A DNA stretch of 64,000 nucleotides. It comes from Octopus vulgaris (lineage: Eukaryota). The stretch spans positions 3,472,001-3,536,000 of the forward strand of contig OX597836.1 in assembly GCA_951406725.2 (NCBI GenBank), given 5' to 3'. This document shows positions 31,175 through 44,164 of the stretch, one piece after another (the first letter of the stretch is position 1; each line of letters opens with the position of its first letter). A program made the position numbers and the translations under genes. Below the pieces are notes generated by a model. That model ran no database searches. It was not told where the DNA came from and worked only from the letters and a program-made list of their open reading frames with translations.

Positions 31175-33225
31175 AACGGGAGAATTCATGAATCTTGATA
31201 GCGCAGAGATTGCATAATCTATTGCTGTATTCGTAAGTGTTTGATTTGGACAAGATTTTCTGTTTCAAATTCATAAAATTTATATTTTTCAAATCTTATA
31301 CGAAATCAGAAAATTAGTCGACGTTGGTTCCGGTGACATTTTTAAAAGAATTCCTGATATGAAGGACTCTGATAAAAGCATCAGATGTAAAGCCAAAACA
31401 TATTTCGGTGGAGTTCTTAATAAGTACGTAGCCTTAGTAGATTGCATTTTGTTTGATAATTAGAATTAAATGGGCAAATATTAGGAGTGTTACGATTACA
31501 ATTGTTTTGCGTGAATTTGAAGAAAGTCTAAATTGTTCATTATAATTAGACTAGAATAAGCTATGGTTTGGATGAAATTAATGGAGATGGAATAAAATGT
31601 ATTGTTTGTTTGTTTGTGGAGTTTATTGGTACATCACATTGGTACATTGTTTTGGTTGACAATTAGAATTAAGGGGACAAGTATTAAGAGTGATATAATT
31701 ACAGTAGTTTGAACTGAATTCATGTTTGTCTTTGTATGACTCAGGTTTACTCGATTCGAAGATGGTTTAGATAAAATTAAAGGTAGTGGAATAAGGGAGT
31801 TTGATAGTATTTCTTATAAAAGATGCAATAATAAAAATATTAGTGAGAGGAGAAACTCTATCTAATGAAATGCATTCTTTGGTTATGAGACTATCTTGGG
31901 ATAAGTTGAACGAGTGCTCCTCCTAACCAGCGCCCTTTTTTTGTTTTTGCTTTCAGCGAGTTTCATAGTTTCTTCTGTGTATCCATTTTTATCTTTAAAT
32001 ATACTTCTAAGACCAGATTCTTTATAGCATTTGAAAGAATCCTTATCATGATTTTGTGGGTTAGCAGATTGAAATATTTTAAACTAAATTATTGATTTAA
32101 TTCCTGGTGATGTTATACTTTCGTGTATATAGCACAAAGCTCTGTTAGTTTCCTGGTGGGTCCAATAAAGAGATGACTAGATAAACAAATACATCTAAAA
32201 AATCTTGTGTTTGTAATGCTTGTATCTATTGTGATAAATGGACCGAATTATTTTTAGATCTAAATATCTCTTCAGTTAATCCGTCTCCCTAATGGTTCTA
32301 ACAAAGATAAATTTGGTAAAACTAAACTAATGCAGTCACAGATTTCAGCGAATTAAATTTCTCCCATGCTTTTATCGAGCACATAAATTTATTTTTCATC
32401 CATATGAATTTGTCGATTCTTTACGGTTTGTATAGCAGTGTATCTCTTTCAGAAATAGTAATGCTGGTAAGTGATTTGGCAAAATCTAAACCATCGAAGA
32501 GTATAGAAAATTATGGGAATTTAAGCTATATTTTTAGTAACAGATTGAAACCAATTACCCGCAGCTAGGGGTATGTTCAATGAAGGAAAGAATGATACTT
32601 CCTTAACTTTATGAGAAATTTTGTCAAATGCGTATTTTTTAAGGAACTTTGTATCAGATTTAATTAGATTGATTCAATTAAAATAAGGTTTATTTTGAAG
32701 GTTTTTTCTCTCATCAATAAAAATTATGGTTGTTAGGGACACACAAGCACCGTTTTATAATTGATATTCAGGTTAAAGGTTCTCTTTTCGATCTGAGTAT
32801 TAATTTTGTTCAAAGTATCCCAATGTATTATGGATACATGTAACCGAAGTCGAAACAAATCGATATTATGTTGTACTTGGATCTAAATATTTGGTTCTGC
32901 CAGGGTGCATCAGTATTTCTTCGCGTTTTATTTTCTAATATTCTTTATTCTTTCTTTTAACTCAGATTGGAAATGGTTATTCAGTTTTCAAGACTTTTAT
33001 GTTTTTTCACAAATTCCAAGTCATCCTTTTCAAAAGGTAAGAGAAATCTATTTGCACGTGTGCAGTTATAGGAATTTATTTCGCGTGTAAAATTGTTATT
33101 TTCATTTTCAGCGTGAAAGGGTTGAAAACCCATCTGAAAAGACATAGATGGGTTTTTTAAAAATTCATGACCCATAAAAAGTGCTCAATGCCATTTAAGG
33201 CAGTGCGTTATGTCATTCTCTGCCT
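31175..33225 (-). pseudogene. Near full-length decayed Penelope-like retroelement (Naiad-type RT + C-terminal GIY-YIG endonuclease)
   Basis: Minus-strand fragments in order: LLPFEKDDLEFVK, IDERKNLQNKPYFN*INLIKSD, NWFQSV, DGLDFAKSLTSI, LDKSMGEI*FAEICD, frameshifted (Y)RDDGL (~32285), RNTIKLPYST, CN....CPLNSNC, KYV.GFTSDAF...NSFKN, KILSKSNTYEYSNRLCNLC. These match the Naiad-clade PLE motif order as I know it. Confidence 0.85.
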
Positions 33226-33312
33226 TTAGCTGCAATTGAATGCATTATATTGATCTGTATGTTTTTAATAGACAAATACATACAGAGACGAGAACACACT
33301 CCCACACACTCA

Positions 33313-33351
<39 letters not shown>

Positions 33352-33469
33352 ACACATATGTATGCATATATATATATCCTGTATATTCATATATATATGT
33401 ATTTATGTATTCTTCTAGTCTTTAATATGTTTCCGCCCAAAAGCTGTGGCCATGCTGGGGCACTGCCAA

Positions 33470-34630
33470 TGTAATCCCCTTTTAATTGGCCAATCCTATG
33501 TGATTGGCTTTTGATGAAAGATTGAGTTCGACGCTGCTCCCCTCTCTTGAGTTTCCTGCCATGATATAGGTTCACTTGAGATCTTGGTTAGCAAAAGGTC
33601 AAGTTGTTTCTTGAAGCCTTCTACCCCAACTCAATGAAGGTTGCTCAGATGCTTTGGTAAAGCGTTAAATAGCTGTCGGCCCTTCTTGAATCCCAAACTA
33701 TTGCCGTACATGGTCCTCACTTTAGATGAGAGAGTTGGGACCATTGAAACAGTGCAGTTACGTCCATTTCAGGGTCTGGTATGCCTCTCAATTCCAAATT
33801 TTGGTGCCATCCCTTCCAATATCTTTCACACATATATCACTGCATACCTCTCCTGTCTTCGCTGCAGGAGTCGAACACTTTCAGTCTTTCCCAGCAGCTC
33901 AGCTGTCTCATTAATGCAATCTTCCTTGTACAACATCACTGAACCGCCTCAAGTTCTGCTATTTATTCGACAAGGTAGGGTGATTACAGTTGAGAGCAAT
34001 AGTCCTGATGACTAAGGACAAATTTCCTCCATAGGACCAGCATAATTTCCTGGTCCCTTGTTCTGAAGGTTCTCAGAATCCATCCAGCCATTCACCTGCA
34101 CATTGCCACCATCTTGGTGACAAGCATGGGAAACGAGGCATCGTTGCTCATATCAATCCCAAGGTCCCGCACCATATGTGATTCTGGGATTGCCGCTCCT
34201 TTTGGTTCCAAATATCTTTGTTGCGACTCCTGAGCACCAATTACCTGGAAACGGAGAGCTTGGAATTTGCCTGCATTGAATTGCATTTTGCTGTACCCAT
34301 CCCATTTATATATGGCACCAAAGTCTTTCAGCAGAAGATTAGTATCAGAAGGTTCCTTGGAAGCTTGTACTACTTAAGTGTCGTCAGCATAACTAGTAAG
34401 TATGGCTGTCCGTGTAACCGATGGCATGTCTGAAAGAGCCACCATGAACAGCAGCGACCCCAATACAGTTTCCTGAGGCACTCCACTATGTATTACTGTC
34501 TCCGTGGAGAGGGCTCCGTTGGCTGCCACAGCCTGGCTTCTGTCTTTTAAGAAGTCATACAACCACTTCCCGATTTTCTCAGTTATGCCGAGTCTCCGTA
34601 GTTTGTGACATATCATTCCGTGATCAACCT
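33470..34630 (-). pseudogene. 5'-truncated CR1/L2-group LINE reverse transcriptase
   Basis: KVDHG...SGVPQETVLGSLLF...SYADDT, MQFNAGKF, VRDLGI, GWILRTFRTRD, QLFNALPK; contains stops and frameshifts. Confidence 0.9.
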
Positions 34631-35017
34631 TGTGTGTGTGCGTGTGCGCGCGAGGATATATGCATGCATTCATTCGCGGAGAAGTGTATGAGCATGTGCA
34701 ACCATATATACATCTGATATTTATATAGACAGACCATCCATGGTACCAAATGAGCAAATATGGTAAACAATGTATACATTTCAATATTCCTATGAAGAAG
34801 TTATATTTGCAAGCGTGTCTGGGCGTGTTTGGTTAACATACAAACACACACACACACCTACTTATATATACACACGGTCATAGATAAATACCTATCTGTG
34901 TGTGTGAGAACGTATCTGTTCCCATGTACTTATGTGTATTTGTGTGTATACATATTCATGTATGTGTATGCGTGCGTTTGTATAAATATAAGAATAGTGT
35001 GTGAATTTATGCAATAC

Positions 35018-35060
<43 letters not shown>

Positions 35061-35069
35061 AGAAAGAAC

Positions 35070-35103
<34 letters not shown>

Positions 35104-35290
35104 CAGATAGATACATACATACATACATACTTAGTAAAAAGGCGGAGAGTGAGTAATACACACATATGTATGTCATTATTCAGTTCTGTTACAAGGTTTC
35201 TCGCTAATAGAGGATGTACCTTTGTATGTATGTCATTGTGTGTATATATGTATATATGTATGTATGCATGTATGTATGTATGTATGTCAT

Positions 35291-35355
<65 letters not shown>

Positions 35356-35614
35356 CTGCATGTGTGGGAGTTTAAAATCTGTCATAACACTACTGCTAAT
35401 AATCTCGTCGATAGTTTCATATCTTGTATCAAAGGGAATATATGTGTGTGGCACGGATGGTGTGTGTGGTACATGAAAAGACGAAGAAAGGCAGTATCAT
35501 GTACGTGGTTGGGGTAGGGGGTGATGGGTTTGGATGTGGTTTAGATGTCGCGTATTCTGAGAAAAAGAGAGAGAGAGCTAGAACGAAAGAAGACCGCAAA
35601 AGATAAGGTTATAA

Positions 35615-35710
35615 GGCGCAGGAGTGTGGTAAGAAGCTTGCTTCCCAACCATATGGTGCCGGGTTCAGTCCCACTGCGTGGCATCTTGGGCAAGTGCCTT
35701 CTGCTATAAC
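35615..35710 (+). mobile_element. SINE family A head
   Basis: ggcgcaggagtgtggtaagaagcttgcttcccaacc...gggttcagtcccactgcgtggcatcttgggcaagtg. Confidence 0.88.
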
Positions 35711-35756
35711 CTGCTGTTGTTATTGTCATCATCATCATCATCATCATCATTATCAT

Positions 35757-35795
<39 letters not shown>

Positions 35796-36054
35796 CGTCG
35801 TTGTTGTTATTGTCATCATCACCATCATTATCTTCATCATCATCTTCATCATTATTATTATTATTATCATTATAATTGTTCATGATTAGAAACCAATAAC
35901 GGAGGAGTAATGCTTGAAATGTAGTGCAGTCTGTTTATTGGACGAAAACCTTTTTGCGGCAGTGCTCCAGCATGGGCTCTGGCCGAAAGAGTCAAACAAA
36001 TACAGGATAGAAGAGGACTTAAAACCATATAAACAACGAACAGGACGCGGGAAG

Positions 36055-36345
36055 ATGATGTTGATGATGACGACGACGACGATGCTGATGATGATGATGA
36101 TGATGAAGATGGTGGTGATGGTGATGATGATGATGCTGGTGATGGTGATGATGATGATGATGGTGGTGATGGTGATGATGATGATGCTGGTGATGGTGAT
36201 GATGATGATGATGGTGGTGATGGTGATGATGATGATGCTGGTGATGGTGATGATGATGATAACGACGACGATGCTGCTGCTGCTGCTGCTGATGATGATG
36301 ATGATCATGATGATCATGATGATGTTGATGATGATAATGATGAAG
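36055..36345. repeat. (ATG/GTG)n microsatellite with a 51-bp higher-order period
   Basis: ctggtgatggtgatg recurs at 51-bp intervals (36136, 36187, 36238). Confidence 0.85.
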
Positions 36346-36729
36346 AGGAGGCGGATTTGGATAACTTAACGAAGTGTGTATGACGTCATTGGAAGCAATT
36401 CCTTGCCGGGGTCTTTGAGTTGCAAACATTTAAACGTCCTTTGGCTAAAATGCTCTCAGATTGGCCTCCAAGTGGTGGAAACATCCGTAGTCGCGTTGTT
36501 GTTGTTGCTGTTGCTGTTGTTGTTGTTGTTGTTACAACCGTTGCAATTTCTGCTGCTCTTGCTGCCGTTGCTGCTTCTACCGTTGCTTGCTAATTCTTCA
36601 TTTGAGAATACCCAATCATTCGTGTTTATGAGCTGCTAATGAACTTCCGCCGTCTTCATAAGGACGAGAGAAAAGCGCGAAAGGCGACGACAAGACAAAC
36701 ACACAACGGCCATTACTACTACAACAAAA

Positions 36730-36869
<140 letters not shown>

Positions 36870-36883
36870 TACTACTACTACTT

Positions 36884-36938
<55 letters not shown>

Positions 36939-37241
36939 GTCTACTACTACTACTACTACTATTGCTGGTATTGGTGGTGGTGGTGGTAGTGGTGGTGCTA
37001 CTACTACTACTACTACTACTACTACTAGGAAAGAAAGAAAAACAACAACAGCAACGAAGCAGCAGCAGTTGCAGCAGCAGCAGCACTGAGGGGGAACACA
37101 AATAAACAACAAAAACAAACACCAACTACATGTTATTGGTGAATGGAAAGTGAAAAGAAATATCAACAATGCGTATATTTCGGAATTAATTATGTATACA
37201 CACACAAACACACACACACCAACATACGCACACACACACAC

Positions 37242-37303
<62 letters not shown>

Positions 37304-37437
37304 ATATGTATACGAACATTTATATATGCAAATATATATATATACAAACACATTTATATATAAATATATATATATGGGTATATTCACACATGTATGGATG
37401 TATATGTGTGTGTGTGTGTGATTGTGTGTCTGTGTGT

Positions 37438-37498
<61 letters not shown>

Positions 37499-37804
37499 GG
37501 GAAGATATTCTTTCATGGAGTGTTTCATTAAAAATAAATAAAAATGAGTATATTTAATGAAACACTTTCGGGAAAAGCATTTTAGAACTTTGTATTTCCA
37601 TACGACTATGCTTAGATACAGAAACACACATACAAATGAATGTACATATATATATATAGAGAGAGAGAGATACCTAGATAGATAGATGCAGCTATATATA
37701 TACACATATATATGCATATACATATATATACATACATATATGAAACATATCAGTGTTGCATATATAAATATATGTATATATATATAGAGAGATGCAGCAC
37801 GGAC

Positions 37805-37854
37805 TTTGTCAGTGAACAGGTCGCGGATTTTAGCGACGAAAATATTTTGACAAA
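37805..37854 (+). ncRNA. Minimal type I hammerhead ribozyme with a G3:C8 covariant core
   Basis: Helix I tttgtca (37805-11)/tgacaaa (37848-54); core GTGAACA (37812-18); extra G; stem II gtcgc/gcgac; GAA (37838-40); palindromic helix III AATATT; U17 at 37847. Confidence 0.75.
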
Positions 37855-37992
37855 TGAAACTTAAATGTTGGAGTGAATCGAACGGCTTTTGTGTGTTTCT
37901 TAAATGGCTTATAAACACCTCCCACGCTGCAATTGTTTTCGTTTCAGCACACGATCTCAGATCAAATTACTTGCTATGCGAGTACATCTCCG

Positions 37993-38034
<42 letters not shown>

Positions 38035-38137
38035 ACAACTTAACAAATAAAACTTATGCATACATACATACATATATGTACATACCTATATCTATATGTA
38101 TATTTACATACGCCACACACACACATATACACACTTA

Positions 38138-38200
<63 letters not shown>

Positions 38201-38293
38201 GCCACATAACAATGCTGCAAAACGGCGGCGCCCCAGCGTGGCCGCAGCTTTGAGCCGAAACCGATAAGAGAATATAAAGAATGTATGTATAGA

Positions 38294-38328
<35 letters not shown>

Positions 38329-38374
38329 TTATGTATATATACATATACATATACATATATACATATATACATAT

Positions 38375-38427
<53 letters not shown>

Positions 38428-39412
38428 TATGAGGGGAGAGGGATTATTCGTGTGTTTGTGGGCGAATGTTTATACATATAGATATATATTTTGCTTATAT
38501 GTATATAAGAATGTATTTCTCTCTCTCCTTGTATGTATGTATATATATATATATGTGTGTGTGTATATATATATGTGTGTGTGTGTGTGCGTGCGAGAGA
38601 GAAAGGGGGAGAGAGTTTATGCATGTGTATGTTTATGTGTGTGTCTGCATATAAATACATATGGTGAAATATTTCAATGCCCATTGCATATTTTTAAACG
38701 TGTATATATATTTATGTGAATGTATGAATCTGTATATGTGACTCTAATATACGTATATATGTACATATATATATATTGATATACATATACATATATTCCC
38801 ACGCATATGTATATGCACATGTATATACATACACGCATATATATATATATGTACATATATATACACACATGTATCGATATATACACATATATAGACACAT
38901 ATTGATACACATATATAGACTTGCATATATATACAGACGTATCGACTATATAAATATATATATATACATACATATATACATACACTCATATATATAAGCA
39001 GATATACATATATGTATATATATACACATAATATATATATATATATATAGACATACGTATGTATCCATGTCTGTGTATATGATTGTATGTATATATATAT
39101 ATATATGCATGTATGTGTGCATAAAATGCATATGTAAAGTAATGCAATATACATACCACTCTATATTAAATGAAATATTATGGTCCCGGGTAGGGGAGGG
39201 TGGTGAGTCTGTGTTTGAGGTGTGAAATTAGTGGAAATATATTCATTGAATATATTTTTCGAAAAACACTTAAGAATTTTCTACCGGTTTTCATATTGGA
39301 AATGGTTTTGCAATGAGTTCGACTGTTAATATGTAAAACCTGTGTATGTGTGTGTATGTGCGTGTGTGTGTGTGTGTTTTGTAGGTGTACATGTATATAT
39401 TTACATACGGGA

Positions 39413-39470
<58 letters not shown>

Positions 39471-39808
39471 AGAAAGAATGGGAGATTAGGCGTGGGAGAG
39501 CGGTGAGAAGGAGAGATTAAGAGAGAAAGAGGAATGCACAGCTATGCAGGTTGAGATACAGAAAATATACAATATACATACACCTACATACTTATATACG
39601 TACAGATATGCATACATTCATACATGCTTACATGCATACATACATACATACGTAGATACATAATGATTGACAATGTGGGAGAAAGAGGGGGAGGCTAGTA
39701 AGAGGAAAATAATTTTGCAGGAAGAAGCAGATAAATAGATAGGCGGATGGATAGATAGATAGATAGAGAGAGAGAGGGAGAGAGAGATAGAGAGAGAGAG
39801 AGAGAGTT

Positions 39809-39899
<91 letters not shown>

Positions 39900-39920
39900 T
39901 AGATAGGTTGGTAGGTAGGT

Positions 39921-40870
39921 AATTGTGAACCGTATACTCTAATCATTCAGTCACTTCCCTTCACAGTTGTTAAATATAACTGTTACTCCATCGATTACAA
40001 CAACGAGAGCTCAGTTAATCAGATCAACGGAACAGCTTGCTCGTGAAACTAACGTACAAGTGGCTGAGCCCACCACAGACGCGGATAACCCTTAACGTAG
40101 TTCTCAGGAAGATTCAGCGAGACAAGGAATGTGACGAGACTGACCCTTTGAAATACAGGCACTACTCATTTCTGACAGCTGAGTGGATTGGGGCAACGTG
40201 AAATAAAGTGTCTTGCTCAAGGACACAACGCGACGCCGGGAATAGAAATGACGACCTTATAATTGCGAGCCTTATACTCTAACCATTCAGTCACTTCCCT
40301 TCACAGCTGTTAAATATTTATTTCTTTATTTCACACAGGGGGCTAAACATTGAGGGGACAGATAAAGGGAATAAGTCGATTACCCCGACCTCAATGCTTA
40401 TTTAATCGACCCCGAAAGGATGAAAGGCTAAGTCGACCTCGTCGTAATTTGAACCCGGAACGTAACAGCAGACGAAATACCGCTAAGTATTTCGCTCGAA
40501 GTGCTAACGATTCTGCCAGCTCACTGCTCACAGTTGTGAAATATAACTGGCACTCCGTCGATTGCGACGACGAGTATTCAATTGATCATATCAACGGGAC
40601 AGTCTGTTCGTGCTGTTCAAAGCGAAAGTGGCTGAGCACACCACAGACACGCGTGCACTTAACGTAGTTCCCCAGCGAGATTCAGCATGTCACAGAGTAT
40701 GACAAGGCTGACCCTTTCAATTACGAGTATTACTCGTCTTTGCCAGCTGAGTGTAATGGGGCAACAAGAAATTAAATATCTTGCTCAAAGACACAAGCCA
40801 CTGCCGGGAATCGAACTCAAAACCTCCGTTCGTAAGCTGAATACCTTAATCACTAAGCCACGTGCCTTCA
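39921..40870 (-). mobile_element. Tandem SINE-C array with a SINE-B (40318-40527) inserted at a junction
   Basis: Head fragment 39921-39964, SINE-C 39965-40304, SINE-B, then SINE-C 40530-40870; the B copy is flanked by 17-bp direct repeats. Confidence 0.88.
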
Positions 40871-40929
40871 AATAACCGCAACATCATCATAAAAATCCCA
40901 ACAACAGCTCTGATAAAAGCACCACTATG

Positions 40930-41117
40930 GACGCCATATTTGATACCAACGTCCCCATCTTTAACACCAACGACGGCATTTTTAACACCACGACGCTATC
41001 TTTAACACCGACGACCCCGTCTTTAACACTAGCGACGCCATCTTCAACACCAACGACGCCATCTTTAACACTGACGACGCCATCTTTAACACCAACGACG
41101 CCATCTTTAACACCAAT
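40930..41117 (+). repeat. 21-bp minisatellite x9 (gacgccatctttaacaccaac)
   Basis: Nine consecutive units counted, one of them 20 bp. Confidence 0.95.
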
Positions 41118-41961
41118 GCCACTATCACCAATGAAATTACCAGCAAAAAAGAACCACCAGCAACAGTTTGACCATCAACAACAACACCAACAACGCCACC
41201 ATTTCAGCGACAGTGTATCAACGATCAACACTAACGCCACCGCCACCAGAGAAACAGCGACGACCACCAATTACAACCATTAGTACCAATGCCACCATAA
41301 ACACCAGCAACAACAACAACAACAACACCAACAACAGCATCAGCCACATAGTCACCATTCTCCAACACAACCACCACCACCACCAATACCGTCAAATGCC
41401 CACAAACACCTGATTCACATCAATAGAAGATCTAAGTCTATTTTGATCGGTAAAGTTTTGCTGTTTTTGTTTGGTGCTTTTATGTTAGTTTTGTTGTTTG
41501 TTTTTTTGGGGGATTTAATTTTTTTATTATATTTTATTTTATTTTATTTTTTTCGTCTTTGTCTTAACATGTCTTTGAAGAATGTTGAAAACTTTTCGCT
41601 CTACAATAGCTGCAAGCTTTCTCGAAAGATCTATTTCCAAGTTCCTTGGCCTACATAATCTTCAACTTGTGTGTTCTTCTCTCCCCCCACCCACTCCCAA
41701 ACCTCCATCCCTCACCCCAATCCCCACTTCGACTCGCCCACGAAATTCCTCGCAAGTTCCCCCCGCCACTTCGACTCACACATAATTTCTACTTAATTTC
41801 TCACAACGAAAACAAACAACTAAATAAATAAAATCAACAACCAAAATAAAAACTATCATCATCATCATCATCATCATCAACATCATCTTTATTATCATCT
41901 TCATCATTATCATCATCATCATCATCGTCGTCATCGTTAATATGCGAGATATAGATATATG

Positions 41962-42070
<109 letters not shown>

Positions 42071-42288
42071 CGTATGTATATCAGAAATAGGCTGAGAAAG
42101 TAAAAGAGAAAAATCGGTCTAGAGTATATGCATGCGCGTGTATATATAAGAGAATGTATATGTGTGTGTTCCTGCGTGTGCTTCTGAAATATGGTCTACC
42201 ATTAAATATGAAGACGGAAAGATATAGATATATGTGTCAGAGTATATACGTGTGTATATATACAAATATATATATGTACATATACACA

Positions 42289-42488
42289 GAGAGGACAAAC
42301 AAGGACAGACAAACGGATTAAGTCGATTACATCGACCCCAGTGGGTAACTGGTACTTAATTTATCGACCCCGAAAGGATGAAATGTAAAGTCGACCTTGG
42401 CGGAATTTGAACTCACAACGTAATGCCAGACGAAATACGGCTACGCATTTCGTCCGGCGTGCTAACGTTTCTGCCAGCTCGCCGCCTT
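42289..42488 (-). mobile_element. SINE family B, young-looking copy
   Basis: Minus strand ggcggcgagctggcagaaacgttagcacgccgg...gagttcaaattccgcc...tttcatcctttcggggtcgataaattaagtaccag. Confidence 0.9.
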
Positions 42489-42644
42489 GAATACGAACAA
42501 AAGTTTTGTTGGTGTTGAAATTGTAATGAAGGAGGCTTAGGTCTAGGTTAGAGATGGGCAAGAAATCTTGAAATAAAACTAAATACATACATTCATACAT
42601 ACAAATATAGATTCGCAAATGTACGTATATTTTTAATGATATCT

Positions 42645-42790
42645 AAGTTCAAATTCTGCCGGCGTTTATTTTGCATTTCACCCTTTCAGGGGTCGATTAA
42701 ATAATTACCACTTGAACACTGGAGTCGATATGATCAGTTTAAATCCTCCCCCACGGAGTTGCTGGTTCTAATCCCAAAAGCTGAACCCAA
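42645..42790 (+). mobile_element. SINE family B, partial
   Basis: agttcaaattctgcc...tttcaccctttcaggggtcgat. Confidence 0.75.
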
Positions 42791-42851
42791 AAATAATGTA
42801 TTTATAGATAGACAGGAATGCAAATAGAAAGGTAGACACGTAGGGAGTTAA

Positions 42852-42886
<35 letters not shown>

Positions 42887-42939
42887 AATAGATAGGTGAA
42901 GAGACAGACAAACAAGCAGATATATTCATGTATACATAC

Positions 42940-43252
<313 letters not shown>

Positions 43253-43273
43253 GATACACACACATACATACAG

Positions 43274-43305
<32 letters not shown>

Positions 43306-43696
43306 TCATAGTTTTGCATGTACGTACGTAAATATTACAAATTTTACTTATATATCTGTGCATCTATGTATACATACGTGTGTGATTGTATGTAATTAAT
43401 CAATTCAATTCAATCACATAATTCGATAAATGTTATTACCGTTGCATTCACGAGGAAATTTTCATTTCAGCTGAAATCATTCCATCGTTTCAAATAAAAT
43501 ACTAAAACAATAAATTCGTGGCATATAATTCAATATCATGAATTATATAAAACAAAATATACAGTAATGATAACGGATGCTATACATATTATAAAAGAAT
43601 GACAAGAAGAAGAAGAAGAAGAAGAAGAAGAAGAAGAAGAAGAAGAAGAAGAAGAAGAAGAAGAAGAAGAAGAAGAAGAAGAAGAAGAAGAAGAAA

Positions 43697-43875
43697 AGGG
43701 GCTGCAGTAAGGGTGGAGCACTTGCAGAAAACATCATTGCTTGGACCGGAAGGTAATCGAAAAATAAGAGGTGTTACCTTAGTTCACTGGTAGTGAATAG
43801 CTGACACCGTAGTACATCTCCAGCGTTAGAAGCAGTGCAAAGGCAATAATGATAATAATAATAATAATAATAATA

Positions 43876-43940
<65 letters not shown>
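43697..43940 (+). mobile_element. 3' end of an R4/Dong-like non-LTR retroelement with (AAT)n tail
   Basis: Encodes VRVEHLQKTSLLG (cf. the C-terminal LQK..LLGTA.ILR of R4-clade elements), followed by a short UTR and a TAA-repeat tail. Confidence 0.6.
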
Positions 43941-43942
<2 letters not shown>

Positions 43943-44164
43943 ATTAGGTGCCTTTATAGCAATGAGGACAGAACAGGCTGAAGCATAATGACATATTTTG
44001 ATATATAACATAGATACTATTCAGCAGAATATTGTTTTCTAAGTCGCTTTGTGTGTGTGTATGTGTGTGTGTGTGTGTGTGTGTCTGTGTCTCTGTCTCT
44101 GTGTGTGTGCAACCAAGAAAGCCTTATGTTTAGTTATGTACATGCACGTATAAATATTCAAGAA

